Of a DNA stretch of 32,000 bases, positions 18,526 through 27,069 are shown piece after piece. Source of the stretch: Ferroglobus placidus DSM 10642. GTDB taxonomy: Archaea > Halobacteriota > Archaeoglobi > Archaeoglobales > Archaeoglobaceae. Every line of letters starts with the position of its first letter. Within the stretch, counting starts at the first letter, position 1. The stretch spans positions 2,130,001 through 2,162,000 of the forward strand of contig NC_013849.1 of assembly GCF_000025505.1 (NCBI RefSeq), in the 5' to 3' direction. The position numbers and the translations under genes were made by a program. The notes under the pieces were generated by a model. That model did not search any database and was not told where the DNA came from. It worked only from the letters and a program-made list of their open reading frames with translations.

Positions 18526-18598
18526 GGAAGGAAATTTAGCGGATAATATTTAAATTTTCCCCACCATTGATTTTTTACGCAAAAGCTCATCTCTTTTC

Positions 18599-19048
18599 AT
18601 GCCACTGCAAGTCGGTGTCATAGGAAGCGGGGATTGTTACGAAGACGTCTGCGAGATTGCCGAAAGAGTGGGAGAGCTTCTTGCCGAGAGAAAGTGCGTG
18701 ATTATAAACGGAGGGCTTTTCGGAGTTATGGAAGCTGTGAGCAGAGGAGCTAAGAGAAAAGGGGGTTTCGTGGTAGGTATCGTCCCGGGAAAAAGCAAAG
18801 AGGAGGCGAACAAGTACTGCGATATAGTCATAGCCACAAACATGGGGCACGCGAGAAATATGATAATCGTTCATTCGAGCGACGTTCTTATAGCCATCGG
18901 CGGAGGATACGGGACGATTTCGGAAATGGCTATAGCTTTAAAAGAGGGAAAGAGGGTAGTTGGAATAAAAACTCCCGTAAAGCTGCCGGGGTTAATTGAA
19001 GCTAAAACGGCTGAAGAAGCGGTGGACATTGCTTTAGGAAAAAGTTAA
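18599..19048 (+). CDS. TIGR00725-type LOG/lysine-decarboxylase-like Rossmann protein
   Basis: VGVIGSGDC, INGGLFGVMEAVSRGAKRKGGFVVGIVPG, IAIGGGYGTISEMAIALKEGKRVVGI. Confidence 0.85.
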   Translation: MPLQVGVIGSGDCYEDVCEIAERVGELLAERKCVIINGGLFGVMEAVSRGAKRKGGFVVGIVPGKSKEEANKYCDIVIATNMGHARNMIIVHSSDVLIAIGGGYGTISEMAIALKEGKRVVGIKTPVKLPGLIEAKTAEEAVDIALGKS

Positions 19049-19072
19049 TATCTCAAGATCGTCTTTTTAACT

Positions 19073-19483
19073 ATGAAAATTCTTGAGTTCGAGGTCGAGA
19101 GGGATGGCATGGTCGACTTAACTGAGGAGGTAAGGAAGTTCGTGAAAGAAAGTAAGGTTGACAGCGGAGCAGTCCTCGTTTTCTCCGTAGGCTCTACTGG
19201 AGCGATCACAACGATAGAATACGAGCCGGGATTAAAAAAAGATCTTCCGGCTATAATGGAGAAAATAGCTCCTTACAGCTACCCCTACGAGCATCACAAA
19301 ACTTGGGGCGACGATAACGGATCTTCCCACGTAAAATCTTCTATAATTGGTCCGAGCGTTGTGATACCCTTCAAGAACAAAGAGTTAATGCTCGGAACTT
19401 GGCAGCAGGTGGTTCTGATAAACTTCGACACGAGGAAGAGAAGGAGAAAAGTCGTTCTGCAAATTCTAAGGGGAGAAGAATGA
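19073..19483 (+). CDS. YjbQ / UPF0047 family protein
   Basis: GAVLVFSVGSTGAITTIEYEPGLKKDL, YEHHKTWGDDNGSSHVKSSIIGPSVVIPF, LGTWQQVVLINFDTRKRRRKV. Confidence 0.9.
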   Translation: MKILEFEVERDGMVDLTEEVRKFVKESKVDSGAVLVFSVGSTGAITTIEYEPGLKKDLPAIMEKIAPYSYPYEHHKTWGDDNGSSHVKSSIIGPSVVIPFKNKELMLGTWQQVVLINFDTRKRRRKVVLQILRGEE

Positions 19484-21330
19484 TCCATCCGATTCTATCA
19501 GCTTTAATTTTCGCGGGAGTCAACTTTTATTTCAACCAGCTCGGAAAGCCTGTTTACATCTCAAGATTTTTGAGTCTTATACTCATATCTTTCATCTCCT
19601 TCTTTCTCTCCTTCTTCTTAAGCTTTCACCTCGCCTTCACCGTAGCTTTCCTCATCGTCGTTGCTGCAATAGCTTTGAGAATTTACTCAGGTGGCTTTGT
19701 CGTGGAGTGGAAGAACGACGCGATCTTCTACTCAACCTACTTCTTCTTCCTCTTCCTTCGTTCTCTCGTTCCTGAAGCGATGGGAGCTGAGAAGCTCATG
19801 GACTTCGCCTTTTTAAGCTCGACTTTTTACGCTGAAAGGTTTCCTCCTCTCGATCCCTTTTTCGCCGGAGGAAAGCTCGACTTCTACTATTACTTCGGCT
19901 ACGTTATAGCTGCCGTAATAACGAAGATTTCTCTAACAACTCCGGATTACGGCTTCAACATAGCGATGGCGTCAATTCCGGCTTACACGTTGTCTATCCT
20001 CTTCGGATTCTTCAGGGAATTTAACCTGGACAAGAGAGTTTTAGCCTTGGTGCCGCTAATTTCCGGAAATCCTCACTCCGTTTACGAGTTCTTTCAGAGC
20101 GTTTTGAGCGGAAAGCTTCCGGGATTTCTGTACTACTGGAATTCGACGAGAATCATTCCGGACGAAACCTACAGGTTCGTCATAACCGAATTTCCGTACT
20201 TCAGCTTCATTCACGCTGATCTCCACGCTCACGTTGTTGCCATCCCGGTAAAAATTTTGTTTTTAGCGATCCTCTACTACATCTACAAAGATGGAAGATA
20301 CGCTTTCCTCTTGCCAATTTTACTGTTCGTAAGCTACGCGACGAATTCCTGGGACTTTCCGGCATTTTTGCTCTTATCTTTACTCGTCGTCCTTAAAAGA
20401 AGGGGGATCTCTTACCTCTACTTCACCCTCGGCTTGTTGATCGTAGCAGTTTACGCTTCAACGATGAACGTCAAAGCCGGATTCTTCTTCACGTCAGAAA
20501 GAACGAATTTCAAAGAATTTCTTATGTACTGGGGTTTCATTCTGCTCCTCAGCTACGTTTACTTCAGAGAGGAAATCGAAAAGGTTCCACACTTTCTAAT
20601 AGCTCTGATTCTTGCGGTAATTTCCCCAATCTTTTTGCTTATCCCCCTCGCTTTGTACTCGCTGATGAGGAGAGATTTCGTTTCCTACCTCGTTCTCGTG
20701 GCTGTTCTTTTCGTAGCTTCCTGCGAATTCTTCGCTATAGACAGCAGGATGAACACGTACTTCAAATTCTACATTCTCTCCTGGGTTTTGCTGAGCATTC
20801 CAGCCGGAATCTCCCTGGTGCAAATTTATGAAAAGAAGAAAGCGTTAGCCTTGGTTTTAGCTGCTTTAATGCTGATCTATCCAGTTGTGGCAACTCCCGT
20901 GAGGCATTACAAAGCTGAGCTGACGCTCGATGCAACGAAGTTCCTCAAGGAATACAGCAGGGGAGATTACGAGGCTGCGATGTGGCTTAGAGGAAAAGAT
21001 GGAAGCGTTATAATCGAAGCTGCTGGAGACTGCTACACGCTCGGAGGGAGAATTGCTGCCATTTCCGGTAAGCAAGCTGTCGTGGCTTGGCAGTGCCATG
21101 AGGTGCAGTGGAGGAAGAACGGTTTGGAGCTGGCAGAGAGGATAGAGGACGTTAGAAAGGTTTACGAGTACGGAAACTGCTCCTTGACGAATAGCATAGC
21201 GGAGAAGTATAACGCAAGTTACATCATTCTTGGAAAATTTGAAAGGGAAATGTACAGAGTGAGGGAGAATTTCAGCTGCTTCGAACTCGTTTTCTCCTTC
21301 GAGGGGACGAAGGTTTATGCGAAAAGGTAA
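19480..21330 (+). CDS. DUF2298 family large multi-pass membrane protein
   Basis: FAGGKLDFYYYFGYVIAAVITK, ISGNPHSVYEFFQ, YWNSTRIIPDETYRFVITEFPYFSFIHADLHAHVVAIPV, SRMNTYFKFYILSWVLLSIPAG; start ATG overlaps the yjbQ-like stop. Confidence 0.85.
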   Translation: MIHPILSALIFAGVNFYFNQLGKPVYISRFLSLILISFISFFLSFFLSFHLAFTVAFLIVVAAIALRIYSGGFVVEWKNDAIFYSTYFFFLFLRSLVPEAMGAEKLMDFAFLSSTFYAERFPPLDPFFAGGKLDFYYYFGYVIAAVITKISLTTPDYGFNIAMASIPAYTLSILFGFFREFNLDKRVLALVPLISGNPHSVYEFFQSVLSGKLPGFLYYWNSTRIIPDETYRFVITEFPYFSFIHADLHAHVVAIPVKILFLAILYYIYKDGRYAFLLPILLFVSYATNSWDFPAFLLLSLLVVLKRRGISYLYFTLGLLIVAVYASTMNVKAGFFFTSERTNFKEFLMYWGFILLLSYVYFREEIEKVPHFLIALILAVISPIFLLIPLALYSLMRRDFVSYLVLVAVLFVASCEFFAIDSRMNTYFKFYILSWVLLSIPAGISLVQIYEKKKALALVLAALMLIYPVVATPVRHYKAELTLDATKFLKEYSRGDYEAAMWLRGKDGSVIIEAAGDCYTLGGRIAAISGKQAVVAWQCHEVQWRKNGLELAERIEDVRKVYEYGNCSLTNSIAEKYNASYIILGKFEREMYRVRENFSCFELVFSFEGTKVYAKR

Positions 21331-21349
21331 TATTCAGAAATGAGCTTTC

Positions 21350-22192
21350 TTGAAGCTAATGATCATTCCGGGAAGCAACGGCTTTTTAGCCGTTAAAATT
21401 GCCAGAATTTGCGGGGAGAATTTGCATTTAATAGAACTTGAAAAGCTTAAATACGGGGAAAAGTACGTAAGACTGACTTTTGATGTTGAAGGAGAAGACG
21501 TGTACCTCGTGAACACGTTTCATCCAAATCCGGACGAAATATTCCTCGAAAACCTCTTCGTTGCCGAAGCTTTAAAAGAGTACGGGGCTAAAAGAATTTA
21601 CGGGATTTTCCCCTACATAGCTTATTCGAAAAAGGGTAGAAAGTTGATAAAAGGAGAACTGCCTCCTTTAAAAGTTCTTTCGAAGCTTTACGACGTTTTT
21701 GAAAAAATATACTCAGTCAACTTTTCGGGGGAGATGGATGTAGTGAACATCTCCGCTGCGGAGCTCATAGGAGAGTATTTCGCCGATAAGCTTGGAGAGA
21801 AGTGCATAGTGATCTCCCCGGACGAAACTTCCGAAGAGCTTGCAAAAGGAGTTGCTGAGAAGCTTGGCACAGATTACGAGCTGATGAAGAAAATCAGAGT
21901 TGACGCCGAGAACGTTATAGTTTCGGCTAAGAAAATGAACCTCGACGGCTACGAGGTTCTTTTGGTGGACGATCTCATTTACACTGGAAGCTCGATGGTG
22001 CAGGCGATTAAAATCGTAAAAAGGAGCAACGCGAAGAGAATCTTCGTTTCTTGCGTTCACGCTCTCGCGGACATGCGAGATCTTCTCAACATATACGTTT
22101 CCGGGGCAGACGAAATTGTTGCAACAGACACGGTTTTAAGCTACGTGAGCAAGATAAGCGTAGCGGAGCTTCTCGCTGAAAAGGTTTTCTGA
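21350..22192 (+). CDS. prs: Ribose-phosphate pyrophosphokinase (PRPP synthetase)
   Basis: ERFTFDVEGEDVYLVNTFHPNPDEI-type N-terminus, FPYIAYSKKGRK, PRPP-binding loop VLLVDDLIYTGSSMVQAI. ATG at 21359 (MIIPGSNGF) may be the true start. Confidence 0.92.
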   Translation: MKLMIIPGSNGFLAVKIARICGENLHLIELEKLKYGEKYVRLTFDVEGEDVYLVNTFHPNPDEIFLENLFVAEALKEYGAKRIYGIFPYIAYSKKGRKLIKGELPPLKVLSKLYDVFEKIYSVNFSGEMDVVNISAAELIGEYFADKLGEKCIVISPDETSEELAKGVAEKLGTDYELMKKIRVDAENVIVSAKKMNLDGYEVLLVDDLIYTGSSMVQAIKIVKRSNAKRIFVSCVHALADMRDLLNIYVSGADEIVATDTVLSYVSKISVAELLAEKVF

Positions 22193-22615
22193 TCACTTTA
22201 TTTTATCAAGAACTATAGCCGGACAGACTCTCTTTACACCTTCTATCTTTCCGACGATTTCTGAAAGAATTTTCGTCAGCTCGTCTCCGTTCTTTGCAAC
22301 TATCTCCGCCATTATCATGTGATCCCCGCTCGTGATGTAAAGGGATTTGACGAAGTCGTAGTCCTTTAGCTTTTTGGCAACGTCCAAGAATTTGTCCGGC
22401 TCGGTATCCACTCCCGTTAGTGAGATAACTCCGTATCCGGCTTTTTCGTAATCGATTATTGCCGTGTAACCTTTTATTATCCCTCTCTCCTCCAAGTTTT
22501 TCAACCTCTTCCTCACGGCAGCCTCCGAAATTCCGAGTTCCTTTGCAATTTCAGTTAGCGTCGCTCTTCCATTTTTCACGAGAATTTCGACGATTTTTCT
22601 GTCTCTCTCGTCCAT
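22193..22615 (-). CDS. Lrp/AsnC family transcriptional regulator
   Basis: [55 protein letters not shown] followed by a RAM-like domain. Confidence 0.92.
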   Translation of the reverse strand: MDERDRKIVEILVKNGRATLTEIAKELGISEAAVRKRLKNLEERGIIKGYTAIIDYEKAGYGVISLTGVDTEPDKFLDVAKKLKDYDFVKSLYITSGDHMIMAEIVAKNGDELTKILSEIVGKIEGVKRVCPAIVLDKIK

Positions 22616-22682
22616 TGAAGTGTATTTTTCCGTGATAAAATTTAAATTTTTCCACTCGAAGTAAATAATTGAAACCAAAAAA

Positions 22683-22710
22683 GTTAAATATTCGAAACGA
22701 ATAGTTAAAT
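22683..22710. promoter_or_regulatory. Putative operator/promoter of the rubrerythrin cluster
   Basis: gttaaaTATTCGaaaCGAATAgttaaat: perfect 6-bp inverted repeat (22689-22703) flanked by direct gttaaat copies, overlapping a TATA-like ttaaata, just upstream of the first rubrerythrin gene. Confidence 0.5.
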
Positions 22711-23223
22711 TTGGTGATGCAGATGAGGGAGATGACGAAGAAGTCTTTGAGCGAAGCTTTTGCCGGAGAGAGCCAGGCGCACATGAGGTATCTGATATTT
22801 GCGCAGAAAGCGAGAGAGGAAGGATTCGAGAACGTGGCGAGGCTGTTCGAAGCAATAGCTTTTGCCGAATTCGTGCACGCGAGAAACCACCTCGAAGCTC
22901 TGGAGCTCGTTGGAGAAACGAAGGAAAACCTTCAAACGGCTATAAACGGTGAGACCTTCGAAGTTGACGAGATGTATCCGGCGTACAATGCAATAGCCGA
23001 GCTTCAGAACGAGGGGAGAGCGAAAAGAAGCATAAGGTACGCTCTTGAGGCTGAAAAAATACATGCGGCGCTGTATTCGAAGGCAAAGCAGGCGGTTGAG
23101 GAAGGAAAGGACGTTGAAGTGGGAGACATCTACATCTGCGAAGTCTGCGGATACACGAGCGAAAGCTTGCCAGATAGATGTCCGATTTGCGGAGCTACCA
23201 AAGACAAATTCAAAAAGTTTTAG
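22711..23223 (+). CDS. rbr: Rubrerythrin (copy 1)
   Basis: [37 protein letters not shown]-terminal rubredoxin-like [28 protein letters not shown]. True start is probably an ATG at 22717, 22723 or 22732. Confidence 0.93.
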   Translation: MVMQMREMTKKSLSEAFAGESQAHMRYLIFAQKAREEGFENVARLFEAIAFAEFVHARNHLEALELVGETKENLQTAINGETFEVDEMYPAYNAIAELQNEGRAKRSIRYALEAEKIHAALYSKAKQAVEEGKDVEVGDIYICEVCGYTSESLPDRCPICGATKDKFKKF

Positions 23224-23278
23224 CGAAACAGAAAGATTTTTACCTTACTAAATTTTTATTTAATACCGAGGTGATAAG

Positions 23279-23695
23279 ATGGTAAGCGAGAAGCTTAAAA
23301 GTTTGCTGAACGACGCTATAGCGAGGGAAATACAGGTTTCGATTCAGTACCTCTGGCAGCACGTTTTGGCAAAAGGCTTTGAAGGGGAAACCGTAAAAGG
23401 AAAGTTGAAGGAGATTGCCATAACAGAAATGAAGCATGCCGAGGCTATAGCCGAGAGGTTGGCTTATCTCGGAGGAACTCCCACGACGAAGCCAACGCCG
23501 ATTACGATAGGTAACACTGTAAGAGAAATGATAGAAATAGACAAAAAAGAGGAAGAGAAGGCAATAGAGCTCTACAAGGAGATAATAAAAGTGGCAAGAG
23601 AGGAAGGAGACATCACGACTGCGAGGCTTTTCGAGGAAATTCTCGCGGACGAAGAAGAACATCACGACTTCTTCTCTTCGGTGCTGGAGGGCTAA
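23279..23695 (+). CDS. Ferritin-like / bacterioferritin-like protein
   Basis: NDAIAREIQVSIQYLWQHVLAKG, EIAITEMKHAEAIAERLAYLGGTPTTKP, ARLFEEILADEEEHHDFF diiron four-helix motifs. Confidence 0.85.
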   Translation: MVSEKLKSLLNDAIAREIQVSIQYLWQHVLAKGFEGETVKGKLKEIAITEMKHAEAIAERLAYLGGTPTTKPTPITIGNTVREMIEIDKKEEEKAIELYKEIIKVAREEGDITTARLFEEILADEEEHHDFFSSVLEG

Positions 23696-23700
23696 ATTGT

Positions 23701-24201
23701 ATGAAAACCGAGGGGAATTTAAAAGCTGCTTTCGCCGGAGAGAGTCAGGCGCACGTCAAATACTTAATTTTTGCAGAGCTGGCAAGAGAAAAGGGATTGA
23801 GAAATCTCGCAAGGGTTTTCGAAGCCTTCGCTTTTTCAGAGTTCGTCCACGCGAAAAACCACTTCAAAAACTTAGAAAGCGTTGAAGACCCGGTAAAAGC
23901 TCTCGACGAAGCGATTAAGGGAGAGACTTACGAAGTGGAAGAGATGTATCCGAAGTTCTACGAGGAAGCAATAAAGGAAAAGGAGAAGAAAGCTGCCACG
24001 TCCTTTAGGTGGGCGATGGAAACGGAGAAAAAGCATGCAGAGATTTACAAAGAGTTGAAAATACTTGTCGAAAGCGGGAGAGACAAAGCTTACGACAAGA
24101 AAATCTACGTTTGCCCGGTTTGCGGATACATCTTCGTCGAAACACCTCCGGACGTCTGTCCTATTTGCAGCGTCGGAAAAGAGAAGTTCAAAGAGTTTTA
24201 G
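23701..24201 (+). CDS. rbr: Rubrerythrin (copy 2)
   Basis: [65 protein letters not shown]; clear paralogue of copy 1. Confidence 0.93.
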   Translation: MKTEGNLKAAFAGESQAHVKYLIFAELAREKGLRNLARVFEAFAFSEFVHAKNHFKNLESVEDPVKALDEAIKGETYEVEEMYPKFYEEAIKEKEKKAATSFRWAMETEKKHAEIYKELKILVESGRDKAYDKKIYVCPVCGYIFVETPPDVCPICSVGKEKFKEF

Positions 24202-24239
24202 CACCCAAAATTAATTTTTTGGAATAGATTGGCAGGCTT

Positions 24240-24905
24240 TTAACGTTCTTTCTTTTTCATTTGCTTATCGAGTTCTTCCAGAATTAATCGAAGAATCTGT
24301 TCCCAAAATCTATTGTTGGACAGCACATTCCAAATTGCTTGAGTTTTTTTAAAAAAAGGATATTCCAGATTATTCCTTTTGTTCATATCATCGAGCTTCT
24401 CGTTCAGAATTTTAAGGAATTTCTTTTCGCGTTTCACTTCTTTGCTTAATCTTTCGTCAAATTTCGGATGTTCCATTATTAATCTCCAATCTGGCTCTTC
24501 CGATTCAAAGGCTTTCAATGTTATTTCGAGGAGGAGAACCTCATTTTTACGGAGCACTTGTTTAAATTCATCTTGATGTGCGGATACTACTTTCATTAGG
24601 TCAATTAGGGATTTTTTAACTGCAATAAACTCCCGTTCAATGCGATTTACTACCTTTTCAGCCATTTTTTCGGGATCTGATGGTTCAATAACACTGCTGA
24701 CTACTGACATGCCCAGAGCGGTGGAGAACGCCTCATAAAACCGATCAAATGATTCCAATGCTCGATTAAGTGGCTTTTCAATAGCTAATGCTAAATCCTT
24801 TTTCAACTGATTTTTGGCTGTTATATCTTTTATCTTACCGATAAGCCAGACAACAGTTGGGAGTATATTGAAAGCTATGTCGAGCAAACTACTGCCACCT
24901 CTCAA
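24240..24905 (-). CDS. Hypothetical helix-rich protein
   Basis: Open frame of up to 221 aa, no family recognised. TTG at 24887, preceded by GAGGTG, is a plausible alternative start. Confidence 0.6.
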   Translation of the reverse strand: MRGGSSLLDIAFNILPTVVWLIGKIKDITAKNQLKKDLALAIEKPLNRALESFDRFYEAFSTALGMSVVSSVIEPSDPEKMAEKVVNRIEREFIAVKKSLIDLMKVVSAHQDEFKQVLRKNEVLLLEITLKAFESEEPDWRLIMEHPKFDERLSKEVKREKKFLKILNEKLDDMNKRNNLEYPFFKKTQAIWNVLSNNRFWEQILRLILEELDKQMKKKER

Positions 24906-25015
24906 AAATAAGTCTCGTCAACGAAAATATAAATTTTCACTCAATTTTCATTTGTGCATCATCCAAGATTACACCAAAACTTTCATAAGCAAATTTAAAT
25001 AAAACATTTATCGCT

Positions 25016-25097
25016 GCCGGGGTTGCAGAGAGGCACTGCGCCGGCCTTGAGAGCCGGTGCCCGCAAGGGCTCCTGGGTTCAAGTCCCAGCCCCGGCG
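25016..25097 (+). tRNA. tRNA-Ser(UGA)
   Basis: Acceptor GCCGGGG/CCCCGGC with G73, D stem GCAG/CTGC, anticodon stem CCGGC/GCCGG with loop CTTGAGA (anticodon TGA), long variable arm GCCC-GCAA-GGGC, T arm CTGGG-TTCAAGT-CCCAG. No CCA encoded. TATA-like tttaaata upstream. Confidence 0.95.
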
Positions 25098-25124
25098 CTC
25101 TTCTCAAAGGTTTAAGTCTCATGT

Positions 25125-25544
25125 TCAAATTCTCTCTAAAATCACTTTTCCATCGACGACTTTTACCGAAACTGTATCGCCCTCCACGACTTCGAAGTAA
25201 TTCCTAAGTTTTCTGCTAAGATAAACGCAAAGCCCGTTTCCGAGCCTCCGCACCTTCTGCAACTCCTCGTATCTCGCACTACTGGCAATAATTGAATCTA
25301 CGAGTATCGCGCTTCTTACAGCCATAATTTTCTTAAGCGTATCTTCAATCGATGATAACTTCTCGAAAATCTTTACCAGCTTTGTAAGAGTTTTATCGCC
25401 AAATCTTTCGATTTTTAGAGGCTTTCTGGATAACTTTCCCAGCTCTACGAGTTCTTGTAGACTCAAACCTTTCTCAACGACTTCCGAAAGTTCGCTCGCG
25501 AACAGGTTGCCGAGAACGGTATCGTCATTAAAGTGCAGACCCAA
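25125..25544 (-). CDS. Hypothetical protein with MazE/AbrB-like C-terminal segment
   Basis: C-terminus VRRLGNGLCVYLSRKLRNYFEVVEGDTVSVKVVDGKVILERI fits the swapped-hairpin AbrB/MazE pattern; helical N-terminus unrecognised. TTG start assumed. Confidence 0.5.
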   Translation of the reverse strand: MGLHFNDDTVLGNLFASELSEVVEKGLSLQELVELGKLSRKPLKIERFGDKTLTKLVKIFEKLSSIEDTLKKIMAVRSAILVDSIIASSARYEELQKVRRLGNGLCVYLSRKLRNYFEVVEGDTVSVKVVDGKVILERI

Positions 25545-25925
25545 GGTAAAAACGTATTGGAGTTTATTCCATACGTCAGTGGAGATAGCCGGGGAGGAGT
25601 GCTAATTCCCAAAGAAATTAGGAACTTGGATAAAAAGGTAATTGAAAAATTGAGAGAAATCTTGGAGAATGTTTACCATGCCAAAATCGTTCCTAAAAAA
25701 GCTGACAAAAATTCGAACTCAAGTTCTTTGATTGTATCGAAAAAAGCTGTCAGTAAACGTGTGGTCCTCTTTGAAGGAGTTAGAAAGTGTCCCAAGTGTG
25801 GTGGCGACATGTATTACGACTTAGTGACATCTCAGCCGAGTTACAGAGTTATAGGGACACTCTCTTTTTTCGATTACACTTCGTTGGATGGGAAAAGGGC
25901 GCTTTTAAAGATTTTAGAACTCTGA
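25533..25925 (+). CDS. Hypothetical protein with one CPKCGGDMYYD zinc-knuckle-like motif
   Basis: 130-aa frame with a GTG start, divergent from and overlapping the 5' end of the MazE-like gene; contains IPKEIRN and CPKCGGDMYYD. Confidence 0.5.
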   Translation: MQTQGKNVLEFIPYVSGDSRGGVLIPKEIRNLDKKVIEKLREILENVYHAKIVPKKADKNSNSSSLIVSKKAVSKRVVLFEGVRKCPKCGGDMYYDLVTSQPSYRVIGTLSFFDYTSLDGKRALLKILEL

Positions 25926-25992
25926 AACGTCGAAATAGACTTCTGGAAAGTTTATTTAAAAGAGGGAAAAACAGGATATGTGGGTGGGATAC

Positions 25993-26946
25993 ATGTGCGA
26001 ACTCTTCGGTCTATGCTCCAACAAAATCGTTGGAATCAGCTTCTCGTGGCGCGGTTTCGTTAGAAGAGGTGCAAAACACAGATCTGGGTGGGGCGTTGGC
26101 TGGTACGTCGAGAACGAGAGAGGAGAACGGTATGCAGCTCTGGTCAAAGAGCCGAGACCTTCGGTCAGTAGCCCCGTTGCGGAGCTTTTGAGAAGGGGAA
26201 TTAGAAGTAACATCGTTGTCAGCCATGTTAGGCTCGCAACCGAAGGGGATCCGAAGTACGTAAACACTCACCTATTCGTGAGACCTTTCGGAGAAGATGA
26301 ATGGATTTTCGCCCACAACGGAGATGTTTCGGAAATAAAAGGTTACAGACTGGAGAGATTTCATCCGATTGGTGATACGGATTCGGAATACGCTTTCTGC
26401 TACATCTTAGATAATCTCCCGAGTTATGCGAGGCTGGGAGATTTGTTTAGGATGTTGTTCGAGCTCGCGCAAGAGATTGCAGATTACGGCACCTTCAACT
26501 TCTTGATGAGCAACGGAAGATACCTCTTCGCCCACACAAACAACGGCAGATTGCACTACCTTCTGAGGCATCCTCCTCACGCCGGAAAGGTGAGAATATT
26601 TGGAGATGACGACTACCAAGTATCTCTCGGAGAAGTGAAAAGTGCTGACGAATACGCTGCACTTCTTGCTACAGTCCCGCTGACCGACGAGAACTGGATA
26701 AGGATGGAGAAAGGAAGGTTATACGTTTTCAGAGATGGAGATCTCGTTCTCGTAATTAGCTCCGACGGTTTTAAGCCTATGCTGAATGATAAAGAACTGG
26801 AGATTTTGAGAGTTGTTAGAACTGCTCCGAGCTCTTTAAAGCTCTCTGAGATAGCGGACAGTATTGGGGACGACATCGAGAGGAACGTACAGAATCGTCA
26901 GGAGCCTCGTTCGCAGACGCTATTTAAAGCAACACTCACACGATAG
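25993..26946 (+). CDS. Class II glutamine amidotransferase (YafJ/EgtC-like Ntn hydrolase), C-terminus apparently frameshifted
   Basis: MCELFGLCSN places the nucleophilic Cys at residue 2; GWGVGWY, SNIVVSHVRLAT, WIFAHNGD, IGDTDSEYAFCYIL. C-terminal HTH breaks near 26866. Confidence 0.85.
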   Translation: MCELFGLCSNKIVGISFSWRGFVRRGAKHRSGWGVGWYVENERGERYAALVKEPRPSVSSPVAELLRRGIRSNIVVSHVRLATEGDPKYVNTHLFVRPFGEDEWIFAHNGDVSEIKGYRLERFHPIGDTDSEYAFCYILDNLPSYARLGDLFRMLFELAQEIADYGTFNFLMSNGRYLFAHTNNGRLHYLLRHPPHAGKVRIFGDDDYQVSLGEVKSADEYAALLATVPLTDENWIRMEKGRLYVFRDGDLVLVISSDGFKPMLNDKELEILRVVRTAPSSLKLSEIADSIGDDIERNVQNRQEPRSQTLFKATLTR

Positions 26947-27069
26947 AGTCGGGCAAAGTCATCCTGAAGCCAGGTACTTTACGAGAAAAAACAAGAGAGC
27001 TTTGATCGATCTTCTGCTGAACGACGCGGAAAATGGCTTCTCACCTCTGTGATGAAAGAAAAAAAAGAC

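Noticed and set aside
25787-26191. 134-aa plus-strand ORF overlapping the zinc-knuckle gene and the amidotransferase start
   Set aside because: Runs out of frame through two better-supported genes; no recognisable protein features.
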